DNA of 48,694 nt from a virus (Duplodnaviria > Caudoviricetes): positions 1 through 48,694 of the IMG/VR virus record IMGVR_UViG_3300030523_000008. The stretch is one strand, 5' to 3'. The position numbers and the translations under genes are program-made. The notes under the pieces were generated by a model. The model was not told the origin of the DNA. It made no database searches and worked only from the letters and a program-made list of their open reading frames with translations. Each line of letters starts with the position of its first letter. Within the stretch, counting starts at the first letter, position 1. Shown piece by piece: positions 17,512 through 27,099 of this stretch.

Positions 17512-19247
17512 CAGGCGAGATCGGGCTCGCGTTCCGCCGCCTTCACGCCCAGGCCTGGATCGGGAACCGGAGATCCGGTTTCCTGATTAGGTGCCGGGGG
17601 GTCGGTTTCGGCTGCGGCGATAATGATCGGCGTGATTTCCGGGAACACTCCAGTCTCGACCAGACCCTTGAGCGTGGCTTGATCGCCCAGCACACCGGCC
17701 TCGTTCGCGGCGAGTTTCAGGGTCGCGAGTTTCGATGCCACATCAGTCGCATCGACTTCCGACATGGGCACATCGAGTTCGACGTCGAGGCCCTGATAGG
17801 GCGCATCCACATCCGTCGCGACACGCCGCCGAGACTCGGATCTCGTGATGGTGCGGGCGCGGATCAACGTCTCGTCCGTGCGCGCCTCGATTTCCTGGAC
17901 TTCGGCCCTTTCCTTCTCGTCCATCGTCCACAGCGGCTCGAAACCGAAGCGGATGGATGGGTCGATGTCACCGCACTCGCTCAACTGGACGATGTCGATC
18001 ACGGTCTGCAGCGGATCGCGAAGGTGATCCTCTTGCGCGGCGTGGATGGTGTCGTAGAAAACCCGGATCTCGCCGTCGCTGGATGCATTGAGCCCGGACG
18101 GCGTGACACCCAAGAGCTTCACCAGCGGGATCGACGCGACCGAAGCCATCTGTTCCTGCGCCTGGGCTTGCAGCTTGTCGAGCGTACCGAGATTGGCCGA
18201 CACGTTGGCGAAGTCCTCTGCGTCCTTGTCGATCGCCATGACGCCGAGGTTGTCGCGAAGCATATTGAACAGCGTCAGGCGAGCATCGAGGCCGCCCCCA
18301 TCGCTCATCCCCCCGGAAGCAGCCGCACCGCCCATCAAGCCGGTTTGCAGATTGGTCTTCAGCACCCACACCGTGAATGCGTGAACAATGTTAGAGACGC
18401 TCTGTCGGGTCCTCACCCAATTATCCACGTAGGGCTGCGCCATCTGGGTCAGAGACAGCCCACCGAAGCTGTAGGCCGACTTCAGGATGTCCGGCACCTC
18501 GCGCGCCACGATGGTGAGCAACCGGCTCGCATGAACCGCGCCGCCCATCACGTACCACGACTGAGGCTCGTACCAGTCGGGCGCGAGCGGGTCATTAGTG
18601 TTGTAGCTCTGCGGATAGACCCACAGCGGATCGACGGATCGAATACCTTTCAGCGACCCGCGTTTGATCTTCTGCAACGTGGCAGCGTCGCTACCATTGC
18701 CGATCGGCTTCGTCTTCTCGTCACCTTGCGCGCCGAGGTCGATGTAGACGTGACCGCGGCCCATCAGGCCATCGTAGCGGATGGCGTCGCGGAAAGCGTC
18801 GCGGACCTTGAACTTGACGAGCCCGGCTTCGATCGCTTGGATGCGGTCGGTCTTGTCGTCGTCCTGGTCGATGGACGTGATCTTGATCCACCGCCGCGTC
18901 ATCTCGGTGGCGGGGACATCGGCGATCTTGCGGTACTCGGGTCGCTGGGCATACAGCGCCAGTACCGTCATCGGGATGGCGGCACCGAAGCCACCGAGCG
19001 ATGATCCATAAGCCTGTCCTGCCCATCCGCCTGCGCCAGAGAGCGCGTCGTCCATGGCAAGGCCAGCTCCATCCGGTACGACACCAGGAGGCGGCACGGC
19101 AGACTTGAAGATGTCCTCGGCCGGCGGCGTACGGTTCTTACGGCTCAACAACGCCACGGCTTCGTCCGACATGAACGGACGAGGGCGTGACGGCTGCTGA
19201 ACGAGTTGCGGCGCGGCGACATGCGCCTTGCGCCGCTTCTTACTCAA
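17511..19247 (-). CDS. Portal protein (DUF1073-like)
   Basis: QRPEYR..EMTRRWI..VHASRL..YSFGG.S..IPLVKLLG.TPSGLNASSDGE; follows terL. Confidence 0.92.
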   Translation of the reverse strand: MSKKRRKAHVAAPQLVQQPSRPRPFMSDEAVALLSRKNRTPPAEDIFKSAVPPPGVVPDGAGLAMDDALSGAGGWAGQAYGSSLGGFGAAIPMTVLALYAQRPEYRKIADVPATEMTRRWIKITSIDQDDDKTDRIQAIEAGLVKFKVRDAFRDAIRYDGLMGRGHVYIDLGAQGDEKTKPIGNGSDAATLQKIKRGSLKGIRSVDPLWVYPQSYNTNDPLAPDWYEPQSWYVMGGAVHASRLLTIVAREVPDILKSAYSFGGLSLTQMAQPYVDNWVRTRQSVSNIVHAFTVWVLKTNLQTGLMGGAAASGGMSDGGGLDARLTLFNMLRDNLGVMAIDKDAEDFANVSANLGTLDKLQAQAQEQMASVASIPLVKLLGVTPSGLNASSDGEIRVFYDTIHAAQEDHLRDPLQTVIDIVQLSECGDIDPSIRFGFEPLWTMDEKERAEVQEIEARTDETLIRARTITRSESRRRVATDVDAPYQGLDVELDVPMSEVDATDVASKLATLKLAANEAGVLGDQATLKGLVETGVFPEITPIIIAAAETDPPAPNQETGSPVPDPGLGVKAAEREPDLA

Positions 19248-20500
19248 TAGGAGCGCCTCGGTTGAGAGAACCGCGCCAGCATGGCGGGGGTGACGACAAG
19301 AGGACGGCGACCTTTGATATAGCCGTCGAGCGCGTAGCGAAGCGCATCGATGGCGTGATTGTGCTTATCGACGATCACGGGCAGCACGAGCGGTTGCAGG
19401 GTCTTCGGGTCGACCTGGTTGCGGTCCACCTTGTACGAATAGAGCCTGAACTCTTCGGCCGTCTTCTTACAGCGCTCGTGAACCACGATACGCTTGAAGC
19501 CCCTGAGGTGCTCGACCCCGTCCTCAACGGAACCCGGCCACTTGTCGGCGGCCGACACCCGGAAGCCTTGCCGGGCCATGTAAGAAATCGTTTCGGGCCG
19601 GGCACCGTCGGCCTTGATGGGCCAGGATCGCGCCGTTTCGATCATCTCGAACAAGGCCGGCGTGTTGTCGATCTCGGTACCGAAGCCAAACACCTCGCGG
19701 TCGATCATCAGGTTTTCGCCGTCGAGCCAGCACCGCACGAGCACGGTTGGGTCGTTGGCAAAGCCCCAGTCGGCGCCGTGGAAGAAGCGTGCGTCGGTCG
19801 GGGTTTCGAACGCCTCGACGCTGACCCGGTGGCGGAAGATGATGGCGTCGCTGATATGGCGACAGTGCCCACCCCACACCCACTCATAGGCATCGGGGTC
19901 GGTCGCCAACATGTGCCGGCGCTGTGCCTCAAGCCCCTCGGGAAACCATGGATTGTCTTCCCAGCCGACATGGCGGACAACGGCACTCGGTGGCGGGTTG
20001 ACGACGAAATGCTGATAGGTGGCGTCGCGTTCCTGGTCCGGGTTGAAGGAGACGATCAGCTCGCACCCCTTGACGCGAAACAGCGAGGGAAGAAGCACGG
20101 CCCAACTTTCAGCGGAGACGACCTGCGCTTCCTCGACCCAACAGCGGTCCACGGCCTCGACGGAACGGATCGCGTTCGGATTGATCCGGATGCCTTTGAA
20201 GATGAACTCTGATCCGACCTTCGACACGATCCGCTTATCGGTCACGTCGAAATAAGCCGAAAACCCCATCTCCTCGATCTGGTCAGACAACAGCTTATGG
20301 ACGCTGTCCATCATGCTGGTCTGAAACTCACGAGCACAAAGCACCCGGAGCTTCGATTGCGCCGCTTCGACTAGAAGACGGCGAGCGATGGACCATGACT
20401 TGCCCGAGCCGCGACCACCGTAGAAAACCTTATAGGGCGCGGGACTAAACAGATCCTGAAACGCCGCAGGAAAGGTGAAATCAGCCGCCGTCCCTGTCAT
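19244..20500 (-). CDS. terL: Terminase large subunit (PBSX type)
   Basis: YGGRGSGKS Walker A, WVEEA Walker B, GADWGF, NHAIDALRYA. Confidence 0.95.
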   Translation of the reverse strand: MTGTAADFTFPAAFQDLFSPAPYKVFYGGRGSGKSWSIARRLLVEAAQSKLRVLCAREFQTSMMDSVHKLLSDQIEEMGFSAYFDVTDKRIVSKVGSEFIFKGIRINPNAIRSVEAVDRCWVEEAQVVSAESWAVLLPSLFRVKGCELIVSFNPDQERDATYQHFVVNPPPSAVVRHVGWEDNPWFPEGLEAQRRHMLATDPDAYEWVWGGHCRHISDAIIFRHRVSVEAFETPTDARFFHGADWGFANDPTVLVRCWLDGENLMIDREVFGFGTEIDNTPALFEMIETARSWPIKADGARPETISYMARQGFRVSAADKWPGSVEDGVEHLRGFKRIVVHERCKKTAEEFRLYSYKVDRNQVDPKTLQPLVLPVIVDKHNHAIDALRYALDGYIKGRRPLVVTPAMLARFSQPRRSY

Positions 20501-20897
20501 CGGGCTTGATGAAACTCACATTGATGACGGGAGGCGCCAAGGGCACACCACCAGGGCCGGAATGCTCGACGTCCTGCTTGTCGCGGAAGTCCTCAGGCGC
20601 AGCGTTCTTGATGCCGAAGATCGCGGCAGTGGCGGCGCCCGGCCCTCCGCCGTTCCGGGCAATGCCTAGCAAGGTGGTTTCCCACCATCTGGCCTTCTTG
20701 GCTTGCGCCTTGTGTACGGCTTCCGAAAACTCGGGAAACTGCGCGATCCATTCGTTGATGGTGGACCGGGCAACGTCGCATTCAGCAGCGAAGGACGTCA
20801 GGGAATAGCCCTGATCAAGATAGAGGCCGACCGCGGTGCAGAACTCGGGACGGTATTTCGTCGGCCGCCCGCCGGGGTGCCGATCACCTTCCGCCAC
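20481..20897 (-). CDS. terS: Terminase small subunit
   Basis: GRPTKYRPEF..T.NEW..PEF..IFG.KN; directly precedes terL. Confidence 0.88.
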   Translation of the reverse strand: MAEGDRHPGGRPTKYRPEFCTAVGLYLDQGYSLTSFAAECDVARSTINEWIAQFPEFSEAVHKAQAKKARWWETTLLGIARNGGGPGAATAAIFGIKNAAPEDFRDKQDVEHSGPGGVPLAPPVINVSFIKPDDRDGG

Positions 20898-20956
20898 GGT
20901 TCGCTCCTAGAACTGGATTTGCTGATTGCCCATCGGGCGAATTTGGAAGCGGGAAT

Positions 20957-21004
20957 TGGAGCCCGAGGCCAGAATCGAACTGACGTCCTGACGATTACGA
21001 GTCG
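20957..21004 (-). pseudogene. 3' half of a tRNA-Thr(CGT)-like sequence
   Basis: CGA-CT CGT AA-TCG, variable loop AGGAC, T-arm GTCAG TTCGATT CTGGC, CTCGGGC-T-CCA; no canonical D-arm. Confidence 0.7.
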
Positions 21005-21170
21005 GGTCGGTTTGGGAGAATTACGGACCACGGATCGTGCGCCTATGGGACTGCGCAGACCTCGTTGAGGCGGCGTCCCGAGCAGGCTTGATGGCCCGGC
21101 ACCTTTCGGATGCACCACTGGCGTCATGGTCTGACCAAGACCTGCCACATCTCCCAATCGATTGCAAGCG

Positions 21171-21998
21171 CTAATTCTGCGCAAGCGAATCGATACTTAC
21201 ATCTACATCCGCACCACCGAACAGAGCGTCGATGATGATCTTGACGCAATCGCCCTTGGCCCTTTTGACCCGGCCGACGAAGCCGGCGAAGGGGCCGTCA
21301 ACCACGCGAACCGAATCGCCCGGCGAAAACGTGACCTCGGGCTTCTCCTTGGCTTCGTCGAACTCGCCAGCCGCTTCCGCCGCCATGATGGCATGAAGTT
21401 TGAGGGTACGGCGAATGGGTTGCGGCGTACCGGCATACCCCACAATATCGACAACTCCATCTCGACTTCGGATGGTGCGCCAGTCGGGCGTCATCGACGG
21501 CAGACCAAGAAACGCATAGCCGGTACAGAGCGGAACCTCGACACGACGTTTCACCTGCTTACCGTTCATAACTCGCTTGCCGAACCGCCAATATGCCCGC
21601 ATCGGAACGTAGCAGTGGTAGCCAAGTGCCTCGATCGCAGTCTTTGCCTTAACTTCCATCGAAGGTGCCGTCTGCGCTGCGAACCACAGTGCCACGGGCT
21701 GTTCGTCAACGACACGACGCGTCCCGACGCGGTAGGCGCCTTCGACGATCGGGACCGAGATCAATCCGGCCTCGGCCATGGCGGAGGCGATGGCCTCGGA
21801 CCTGCCCTCATGGACAGCCTGCTTGCGTTGCTCGGCCGCGAGCGCCTTCAATGCCTGCTCACCGTCCGTGATAGGCTCCCGCGCGCCATCCCTTACCGCC
21901 CGGCCGATCCGCTCGGCGAAGGCACCGTCTGGCATGCTGTGATGATTGAGCCTGTGTGGGGCCGACCTGTCGTCTTCGTCTGGAATTGAAGAGATCAT
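21171..21998 (-). CDS. NusG-family (NGN+KOW) late antiterminator
   Basis: WFAAQTAP..CYVP..PL..GYAF; PGDSVRVVDGPFAGF KOW motif; Q-like position before terS. Confidence 0.88.
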   Translation of the reverse strand: MISSIPDEDDRSAPHRLNHHSMPDGAFAERIGRAVRDGAREPITDGEQALKALAAEQRKQAVHEGRSEAIASAMAEAGLISVPIVEGAYRVGTRRVVDEQPVALWFAAQTAPSMEVKAKTAIEALGYHCYVPMRAYWRFGKRVMNGKQVKRRVEVPLCTGYAFLGLPSMTPDWRTIRSRDGVVDIVGYAGTPQPIRRTLKLHAIMAAEAAGEFDEAKEKPEVTFSPGDSVRVVDGPFAGFVGRVKRAKGDCVKIIIDALFGGADVDVSIDSLAQN

Positions 21999-22147
21999 CG
22001 TGATCCTCTATGTCTCGCTTTCGGAATGGCCCGGCTAGAGCTTTCCTTTGCGAGACGCCCGTCCGGTGAGAGCCGGGCGGGTTGTTCATAAACGGGAAGC
22101 GCACGTCGCTCGGTGAGTGGCTTTGCGCTTGCGGCCAGGTTTAGACA

Positions 22148-22798
22148 TCAAGCTCCCTCCTCGTCGTCTTCGAAATCGTCTTCGTCATCCACGGGTGGAC
22201 GTCCGTTCAATCTGCTCATTGCGTACTCACTCCTCCACCCGCACGAGCCGAGCGCGGAGAAGGCCGGCATGTCGACATCGGAACCGCCGCAACAGTTCGG
22301 TACGGGCCACCAGAACCCGCGTTCCCCTGCGTTGATACGATTTCGAAGGTGCGTGTCGCTCTCGACCCACGGTTCCGAACTCACCAGCGGCATGGGCGAC
22401 TCGGCACGCACGATCGCCAGGGCTGCGTCATAGACGGCAGCGACGTTGGCGGTCGCGATGCTTTCCATGTAGCCGGGTTGCCCCGGCCGCACACGCCCGA
22501 TTCCGGTCGTGGCCGGCACATCGGATGCCGAACCGCTTGAACTGCCGTCCACGGTACTCCGCAGGCTCAGCAAATGGCCGTTCGAAGCCCCAACGACCGG
22601 GATATTCGGGAACGGACCGTCCGTGCTGTGCTCGACGACACGGCCGGTCGCTGCGTCGAGCTTCCACCAGTTCCCGTTCAACGGATGCTTCATCTGGACG
22701 AAACGGGACGGCTCGGGAACAGCCCAGACGTCGGGCCTCGTGAGGTCGGCCAGCATGGCGCGACCGTAGGCGGCATGGGATTCGGTGAGGTCACGCAT
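22148..22798 (-). CDS. Hypothetical protein
   Basis: GGAG RBS, in operon, acidic tail. Confidence 0.6.
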   Translation of the reverse strand: MRDLTESHAAYGRAMLADLTRPDVWAVPEPSRFVQMKHPLNGNWWKLDAATGRVVEHSTDGPFPNIPVVGASNGHLLSLRSTVDGSSSGSASDVPATTGIGRVRPGQPGYMESIATANVAAVYDAALAIVRAESPMPLVSSEPWVESDTHLRNRINAGERGFWWPVPNCCGGSDVDMPAFSALGSCGWRSEYAMSRLNGRPPVDDEDDFEDDEEGA

Positions 22799-22810
22799 GG
22801 GGAGGTCTCC

Positions 22811-23134
22811 TTAGATTTCCATTTCAGCCAGATGGCTTCGGTCGATTGCCTTGACCCGGACCGTCAACACTTCGGACGGCTTCAGGAACGCCCTGAGTCG
22901 CTTGTCGCCGAATTCCTTCCGCACCGCCTTCGTGTCCAGTTTCAAGCTTTCGACCCGGCTGATGCTGGCCTCGAACTCTTCCCCGTCCAGGTTGCAACCT
23001 TCGGACAGGATCAGATCGCGCAACTCGGCTTCCCTGGCCTGCAGGCTTTTGATTTCGGCCCGGACATCGGCGAGTTCGTCGACCGGGTGGCGGTTGCGGC
23101 GGACAGGTCCGATCGGGATAATTGTGGCAGACAT
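22811..23134 (-). CDS. Phage hypothetical coiled-coil protein
   Basis: HPVDELADVRAEIKSL...; AAAGG RBS. Confidence 0.75.
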   Translation of the reverse strand: MSATIIPIGPVRRNRHPVDELADVRAEIKSLQAREAELRDLILSEGCNLDGEEFEASISRVESLKLDTKAVRKEFGDKRLRAFLKPSEVLTVRVKAIDRSHLAEMEI

Positions 23135-23170
23135 GCCTTTTTCTGGTTGTCTCATTTCGCAGGTCCATTT

Positions 23171-23275
23171 GGTTTCACCTGCTTGGTTTCATTTTGGTGG
23201 GGGGTTATACCCCAACCAAAAGTGCAACCTAGTTGCAGGCGGTTTCAAAATAGGTTGCATGAAACCATGCAACCT
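23171..23275. repeat. Iteron/palindrome cluster, putative replication origin
   Basis: GGTTTCA x3 plus one inverted copy; TGCAACCT x2 plus inverted copies; 10-bp IR 23252-23275; hairpin 23192-23221; just downstream of the primase-helicase. Confidence 0.65.
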
Positions 23276-23282
23276 GAACGGA

Positions 23283-25298
23283 TCAGGTACAGATTACGGC
23301 ATACCAAAGGCGGGAATTTCCCACTTGGCCGGTATCAACAGCGACAAGCTTCTGTTCGTTGAGGTTGCTGAGGGAGCGACTGACGGTGCCTTTATTGCTT
23401 CCGATAGCGGCCATGATGGCTGTGAAGCCCATCGGCCGGCCGGCCTTGATCAACAGGTCAAGGATGGCTTGTTCGTTCTTTCCGAGCCTCTGATCGACAA
23501 CTTCAGGTCCTCTGACCGGGCCGCCTTCATCGAGGTTCAGGATGAGTGTCGTGTGCTCTGCTTCGGCTTGGCTGTAGCTGACTTTCTGGGTTCGGAGCAT
23601 GATCGTGGCGAACTCCTCGGCGTCCTTCTGCTTGCCCTCTGGCGCGAGATTGACGAGTTCAATCCGATCTCCGTCGCGCTTGACCTGGATCACGGTATCC
23701 GCGGCTCCTCTGAGCACATTGGACCCCCGTTCTCGCTTGGTCTCGCCCACCCCGGAATGATGGACGATCATCACGTTGGCGCCGGTGGCTTCTCTAAGCC
23801 GGTCGGCGGCGCTGACGTAGGCGTTCATATCCGCTTGCTTGTTTTCGTCACCGATCCCAAAGGTGCGGGCCATGGTATCGATCACGATCAGGGCGGGTTT
23901 CTCGTTCAATGCGCTAAGCGCGGAAATGAGAGCATTCGTGTCATCCGGCATCGGCAAGCTGACGCTATGCGGAATGAGTTTGAACTTAGGCTTCGGACCG
24001 TCCTTGCCACGGCTCTTGCGCCAGCCCACAGCGCGTTTGGCGAGCCCGTAGGAGCCTTCCGCCGCGATATAGATCACAAGGCCGATCTTCACGACTTTGC
24101 CGTGCCAGGCGAGCCCTGTAGCGATACACAAAGCTATGTCGACTGCGGCGAAGGACTTGAGGGCACCTGAAGCCCCCCACAGCACGCTTAAGCCGTTAAC
24201 GGTCAGAATGCCGTCGATGAGCCAAGCCGGAGGTGGCAGGCTTTCAAGCTCGTCGATGTCGACGATGCGGATCCTGGACCGGACGGTCGCCACGAGCGAC
24301 ACCGCATCGGCAATGATGACGTGAGGATCGACGCCTTCGGCCACACAGTCGACAGCATCCCACTTCGGAGGTTTTCCAACCGGAATGTTGACGAGGAGCA
24401 CCTCACAGCCGATCGCAGATAGATGCTCGGCGGCCTTGCGTCCGTAGTCGAAGCCAGGCTGATCGTTGTCGGGCCATACCACGATCTTCTTACCGTTCAG
24501 CGGGCTCCAGTCCGTTTTCTCGATGGGCGCCTTCGCGCCACCCATTGCCGAGGTCGCGGCAATGCCGAGCCCAGCGAGAGCCAAAGCCTTGCCTTCCCCC
24601 TCCGTGAGAACCACGACGGGTTCTGCAATGATATCGGGGATACGGAACAACGGTCGAAGGTCTGGCATTCCGGCGACCCATCGGCGCTGACCATCGACCA
24701 CCTTGAAGCACCACGGCCGAAACGTCTTGCTGTCGCGGGTACCGTCGGGCTCGTAGCGTATCACAGAGGCCAGAATCTCGCCGCGCACGTCGAAGAAGCG
24801 ATAGGTGGTGACCGGTATGCCGATCTCCGTCAGATCGGCGCGGGGCGCCGTGCCGAGCTTTTCCTTCTTTTCCGCGATGCGGTAAGTCGCCGTCTGCGCC
24901 ATGGGAGCACGGTCGACCTGAACCGGATCTCCTAGGAATTCGGATGCGATCTCTTTGATGGCGAGCTGGAAATTTCGACCTTGTTCGTAACCCATGTAGG
25001 CCATGTAGAGGCCGATGAGATCGCCTTTTTCCTCCGTGGAATGGTCAAACCATTGTCCTGCATCCGGGCCATTCAGCGCGATCGACAAAGAGGCACCGAG
25101 ATTTCCCTGAACGTCACCGATACGGGCTTCACGCTTGGTGCAGAATGCCCGGCCGGAGAAAAGCCAATCGACGAAGGCGCGCGGGTTTGCGTTCAATCGA
25201 GCTTTGATGTCCTCGACGTCAACGATCGAGCGAGCGCGTTGCTCGGTCTCGATCTGCGACATGGTTTTCGCGGTGTTGAAGTCGAGGATCTGGCTCAC
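23283..25298 (-). CDS. Primase-helicase (Toprim + AAA_25/RepA-like + C-terminal HTH)
   Basis: TEGE, WPDND, WDAVD; GASGALKS; IVIDT; HHSG..RGS; C-terminal wHTH. Confidence 0.92.
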   Translation of the reverse strand: MSQILDFNTAKTMSQIETEQRARSIVDVEDIKARLNANPRAFVDWLFSGRAFCTKREARIGDVQGNLGASLSIALNGPDAGQWFDHSTEEKGDLIGLYMAYMGYEQGRNFQLAIKEIASEFLGDPVQVDRAPMAQTATYRIAEKKEKLGTAPRADLTEIGIPVTTYRFFDVRGEILASVIRYEPDGTRDSKTFRPWCFKVVDGQRRWVAGMPDLRPLFRIPDIIAEPVVVLTEGEGKALALAGLGIAATSAMGGAKAPIEKTDWSPLNGKKIVVWPDNDQPGFDYGRKAAEHLSAIGCEVLLVNIPVGKPPKWDAVDCVAEGVDPHVIIADAVSLVATVRSRIRIVDIDELESLPPPAWLIDGILTVNGLSVLWGASGALKSFAAVDIALCIATGLAWHGKVVKIGLVIYIAAEGSYGLAKRAVGWRKSRGKDGPKPKFKLIPHSVSLPMPDDTNALISALSALNEKPALIVIDTMARTFGIGDENKQADMNAYVSAADRLREATGANVMIVHHSGVGETKRERGSNVLRGAADTVIQVKRDGDRIELVNLAPEGKQKDAEEFATIMLRTQKVSYSQAEAEHTTLILNLDEGGPVRGPEVVDQRLGKNEQAILDLLIKAGRPMGFTAIMAAIGSNKGTVSRSLSNLNEQKLVAVDTGQVGNSRLWYAVICT

Positions 25299-26029
25299 GT
25301 CGGGCTCACTCCCCAACATGTCTCACGATGAGAACACATCTTGCAGCGCCAGTCGTCGCGGTCTGTGGCGACTTTCGGCAAATCTTCTCCAACCTCTTGC
25401 GCCCGCACGATTGTCACCGCCTTGTCGGACCACGCCTGCGCCACTTCTGGGTTGAATTTTATCAGCAGGTAAAGAACATGCATCGTATCCATGTTGACAG
25501 CGGTGAATAGCGTTGGATGATCGGTTAGATCGAAATATGCCATATATTGTTGGCACTGAACGTAATACTTTGGGTAGGATTTCTTCAATCCTTCCTTCTG
25601 CAGTTTTGTCCAACCCTTAGATCCGAGCCCTTTATTCTCCCAGAGGCAGGGAAAACCCAAGCCATCGACGGCAGGGCCGAGGATCGGCATTCCGTCGCCG
25701 TGGCCCTTAAAGCGCCCATCGAGCTGACTGAAAGCAATGCGGTCGGAATTGCGAACGAGGCGAAAGCCAGCCCGCGTCAACAGGCCCGCCATATAATCTT
25801 CGACCCAATGGCCTCGGTCGAAGATACGTTTGATGCGCGGCTCTGGCCGCTTTGGTGTGCTCCAGTCGAGTTGCATTTTGCGCAGGCAATCGTCACCGAG
25901 CGAGGAAGCGCCGAGATAGTCACGCTTCTTCTCGGTGCCGATCTCAGCATCGATCGTCGCGTCGATCACGGCGTTCAACGCTTCGTTGGCGCTTTGCTCC
26001 TTATGTACAGTCCGGTTCAAATCAAGCAT
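25295..26029 (-). CDS. Cas4-like PD-(D/E)xK exonuclease
   Basis: YLGASSLG..CLR..GH.DG..WENK..QQYM..CKMCSHRETCW (1+3 Cys). Confidence 0.85.
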   Translation of the reverse strand: MLDLNRTVHKEQSANEALNAVIDATIDAEIGTEKKRDYLGASSLGDDCLRKMQLDWSTPKRPEPRIKRIFDRGHWVEDYMAGLLTRAGFRLVRNSDRIAFSQLDGRFKGHGDGMPILGPAVDGLGFPCLWENKGLGSKGWTKLQKEGLKKSYPKYYVQCQQYMAYFDLTDHPTLFTAVNMDTMHVLYLLIKFNPEVAQAWSDKAVTIVRAQEVGEDLPKVATDRDDWRCKMCSHRETCWGVSPT

Positions 26030-26514
26030 CAGCCAGCCCTCATCATGAGGACTTCTTCCTCGACGGGAGATGGGCCCGGCCGCTCGTCTCGGATCGTGTG
26101 AGCCCGCTGAACGAGGTCCCACGCCGTCCAAACGAAAATCAATATATCGTCCTTACACCACGTCCCGATCGGCTTATCGGTGAGGCCCATCTTCTCGACG
26201 AGGTCACCGAGGCCATTGAGTGCGAACGAGCATGGCCCGAGTTCGAACGGCTCGGGGATTTCTCCCGTCGCTGCGAACTCCGCTTCGTCGAAGATCCGAT
26301 CCTCGACGAGTTGCCGGGACCGCTCCACCTGCCATCCCGAGACCGCGGCTTGCGCGATCTTCGCGATCTCATGTTCCGACATGTTGCCGAGCCCGACGCG
26401 CGGGTTGATGTACCCGGCCTCGTAGCCCAGCATGGCCCGCATGGACTTGACCGCCGCTTCCTCGGCCAAATCCCGCTCACGTGGTTCGATCTTTTGACGA
26501 TCGCCCTTTTTCAT
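26029..26514 (-). CDS. Phage hypothetical protein
   Basis: Coupled to both neighbours. Confidence 0.75.
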   Translation of the reverse strand: MKKGDRQKIEPRERDLAEEAAVKSMRAMLGYEAGYINPRVGLGNMSEHEIAKIAQAAVSGWQVERSRQLVEDRIFDEAEFAATGEIPEPFELGPCSFALNGLGDLVEKMGLTDKPIGTWCKDDILIFVWTAWDLVQRAHTIRDERPGPSPVEEEVLMMRAG

Positions 26515-27086
26515 GACCAGCCAGGCCGCGAAGACGATGCCTTTGGAGCGGTCGCAGCTGCGGCAACCACGCCTGCAGGAGCACGATGTTGCTGTGGCAC
26601 CTGTTCGATCTTGGTCCAGTCGCGCTTGTCCGGCGTGACGGCGCCGATCAGGACATTCTTGTCCTTGTATCCGTCTTTGCCCTTCTCCTCGCCGACGATG
26701 GCGACGAAACGGATCCCGTCGAAGTCCTGGTATCCGTCGACCTGTCTGGCCTTGATGCCGTCCTGGCTTTCGTCGCTCGGCAGGATGCCGCGCGCGCTCT
26801 CCAGCATGGCGCGAAGACGGCTGAAGCTGATGCTTACCGCCTGCTTCTGACCGTCCGTCTCACCCTCTACGGTGAGAAGAGCCCAGAACTTCCGGCGAGC
26901 GAACGGACCGTCGATGACAGTGAATTCACAGTCCATCATCAGGCATTCGCCGCTCTTGCTGCGCTTGAGCCAACCTCCGTCCCCGGCCCCACCCGGACGC
27001 ATTGTCAGATGGACGGGACAAGTCGTACCCTGGGGAATGAGACCAGGAACCTGCTGCTTTTCAGCGGTAGAGAAATCGAGTGCCAT
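26511..27086 (-). CDS. Putative ssDNA-binding protein (DUF669-like)
   Basis: LDF..LIPQGT..EFTV.DGPFARRKFW..DKN; follows the Sak4-like ATPase. Confidence 0.75.
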   Translation of the reverse strand: MALDFSTAEKQQVPGLIPQGTTCPVHLTMRPGGAGDGGWLKRSKSGECLMMDCEFTVIDGPFARRKFWALLTVEGETDGQKQAVSISFSRLRAMLESARGILPSDESQDGIKARQVDGYQDFDGIRFVAIVGEEKGKDGYKDKNVLIGAVTPDKRDWTKIEQVPQQHRAPAGVVAAAATAPKASSSRPGWS

Positions 27087-27099
27087 GGTAACTTTCCTT

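Noticed and set aside
17511-19247. Anti-CBASS Acb1 fusion on the portal
   Set aside because: No paired HxT/S 2H-phosphoesterase domain seen in the C-terminal extension
20957-21004. tRNA fragment as the second att site of this prophage
   Set aside because: Sequence is Thr-like and does not match the tRNA-Gly 3' end; phage genes continue on both sides
25295-26029. CRISPR-Cas locus
   Set aside because: Cas4-like nuclease is in a Sak4/SSB replication module; no repeat-spacer array or other cas genes seen in the window
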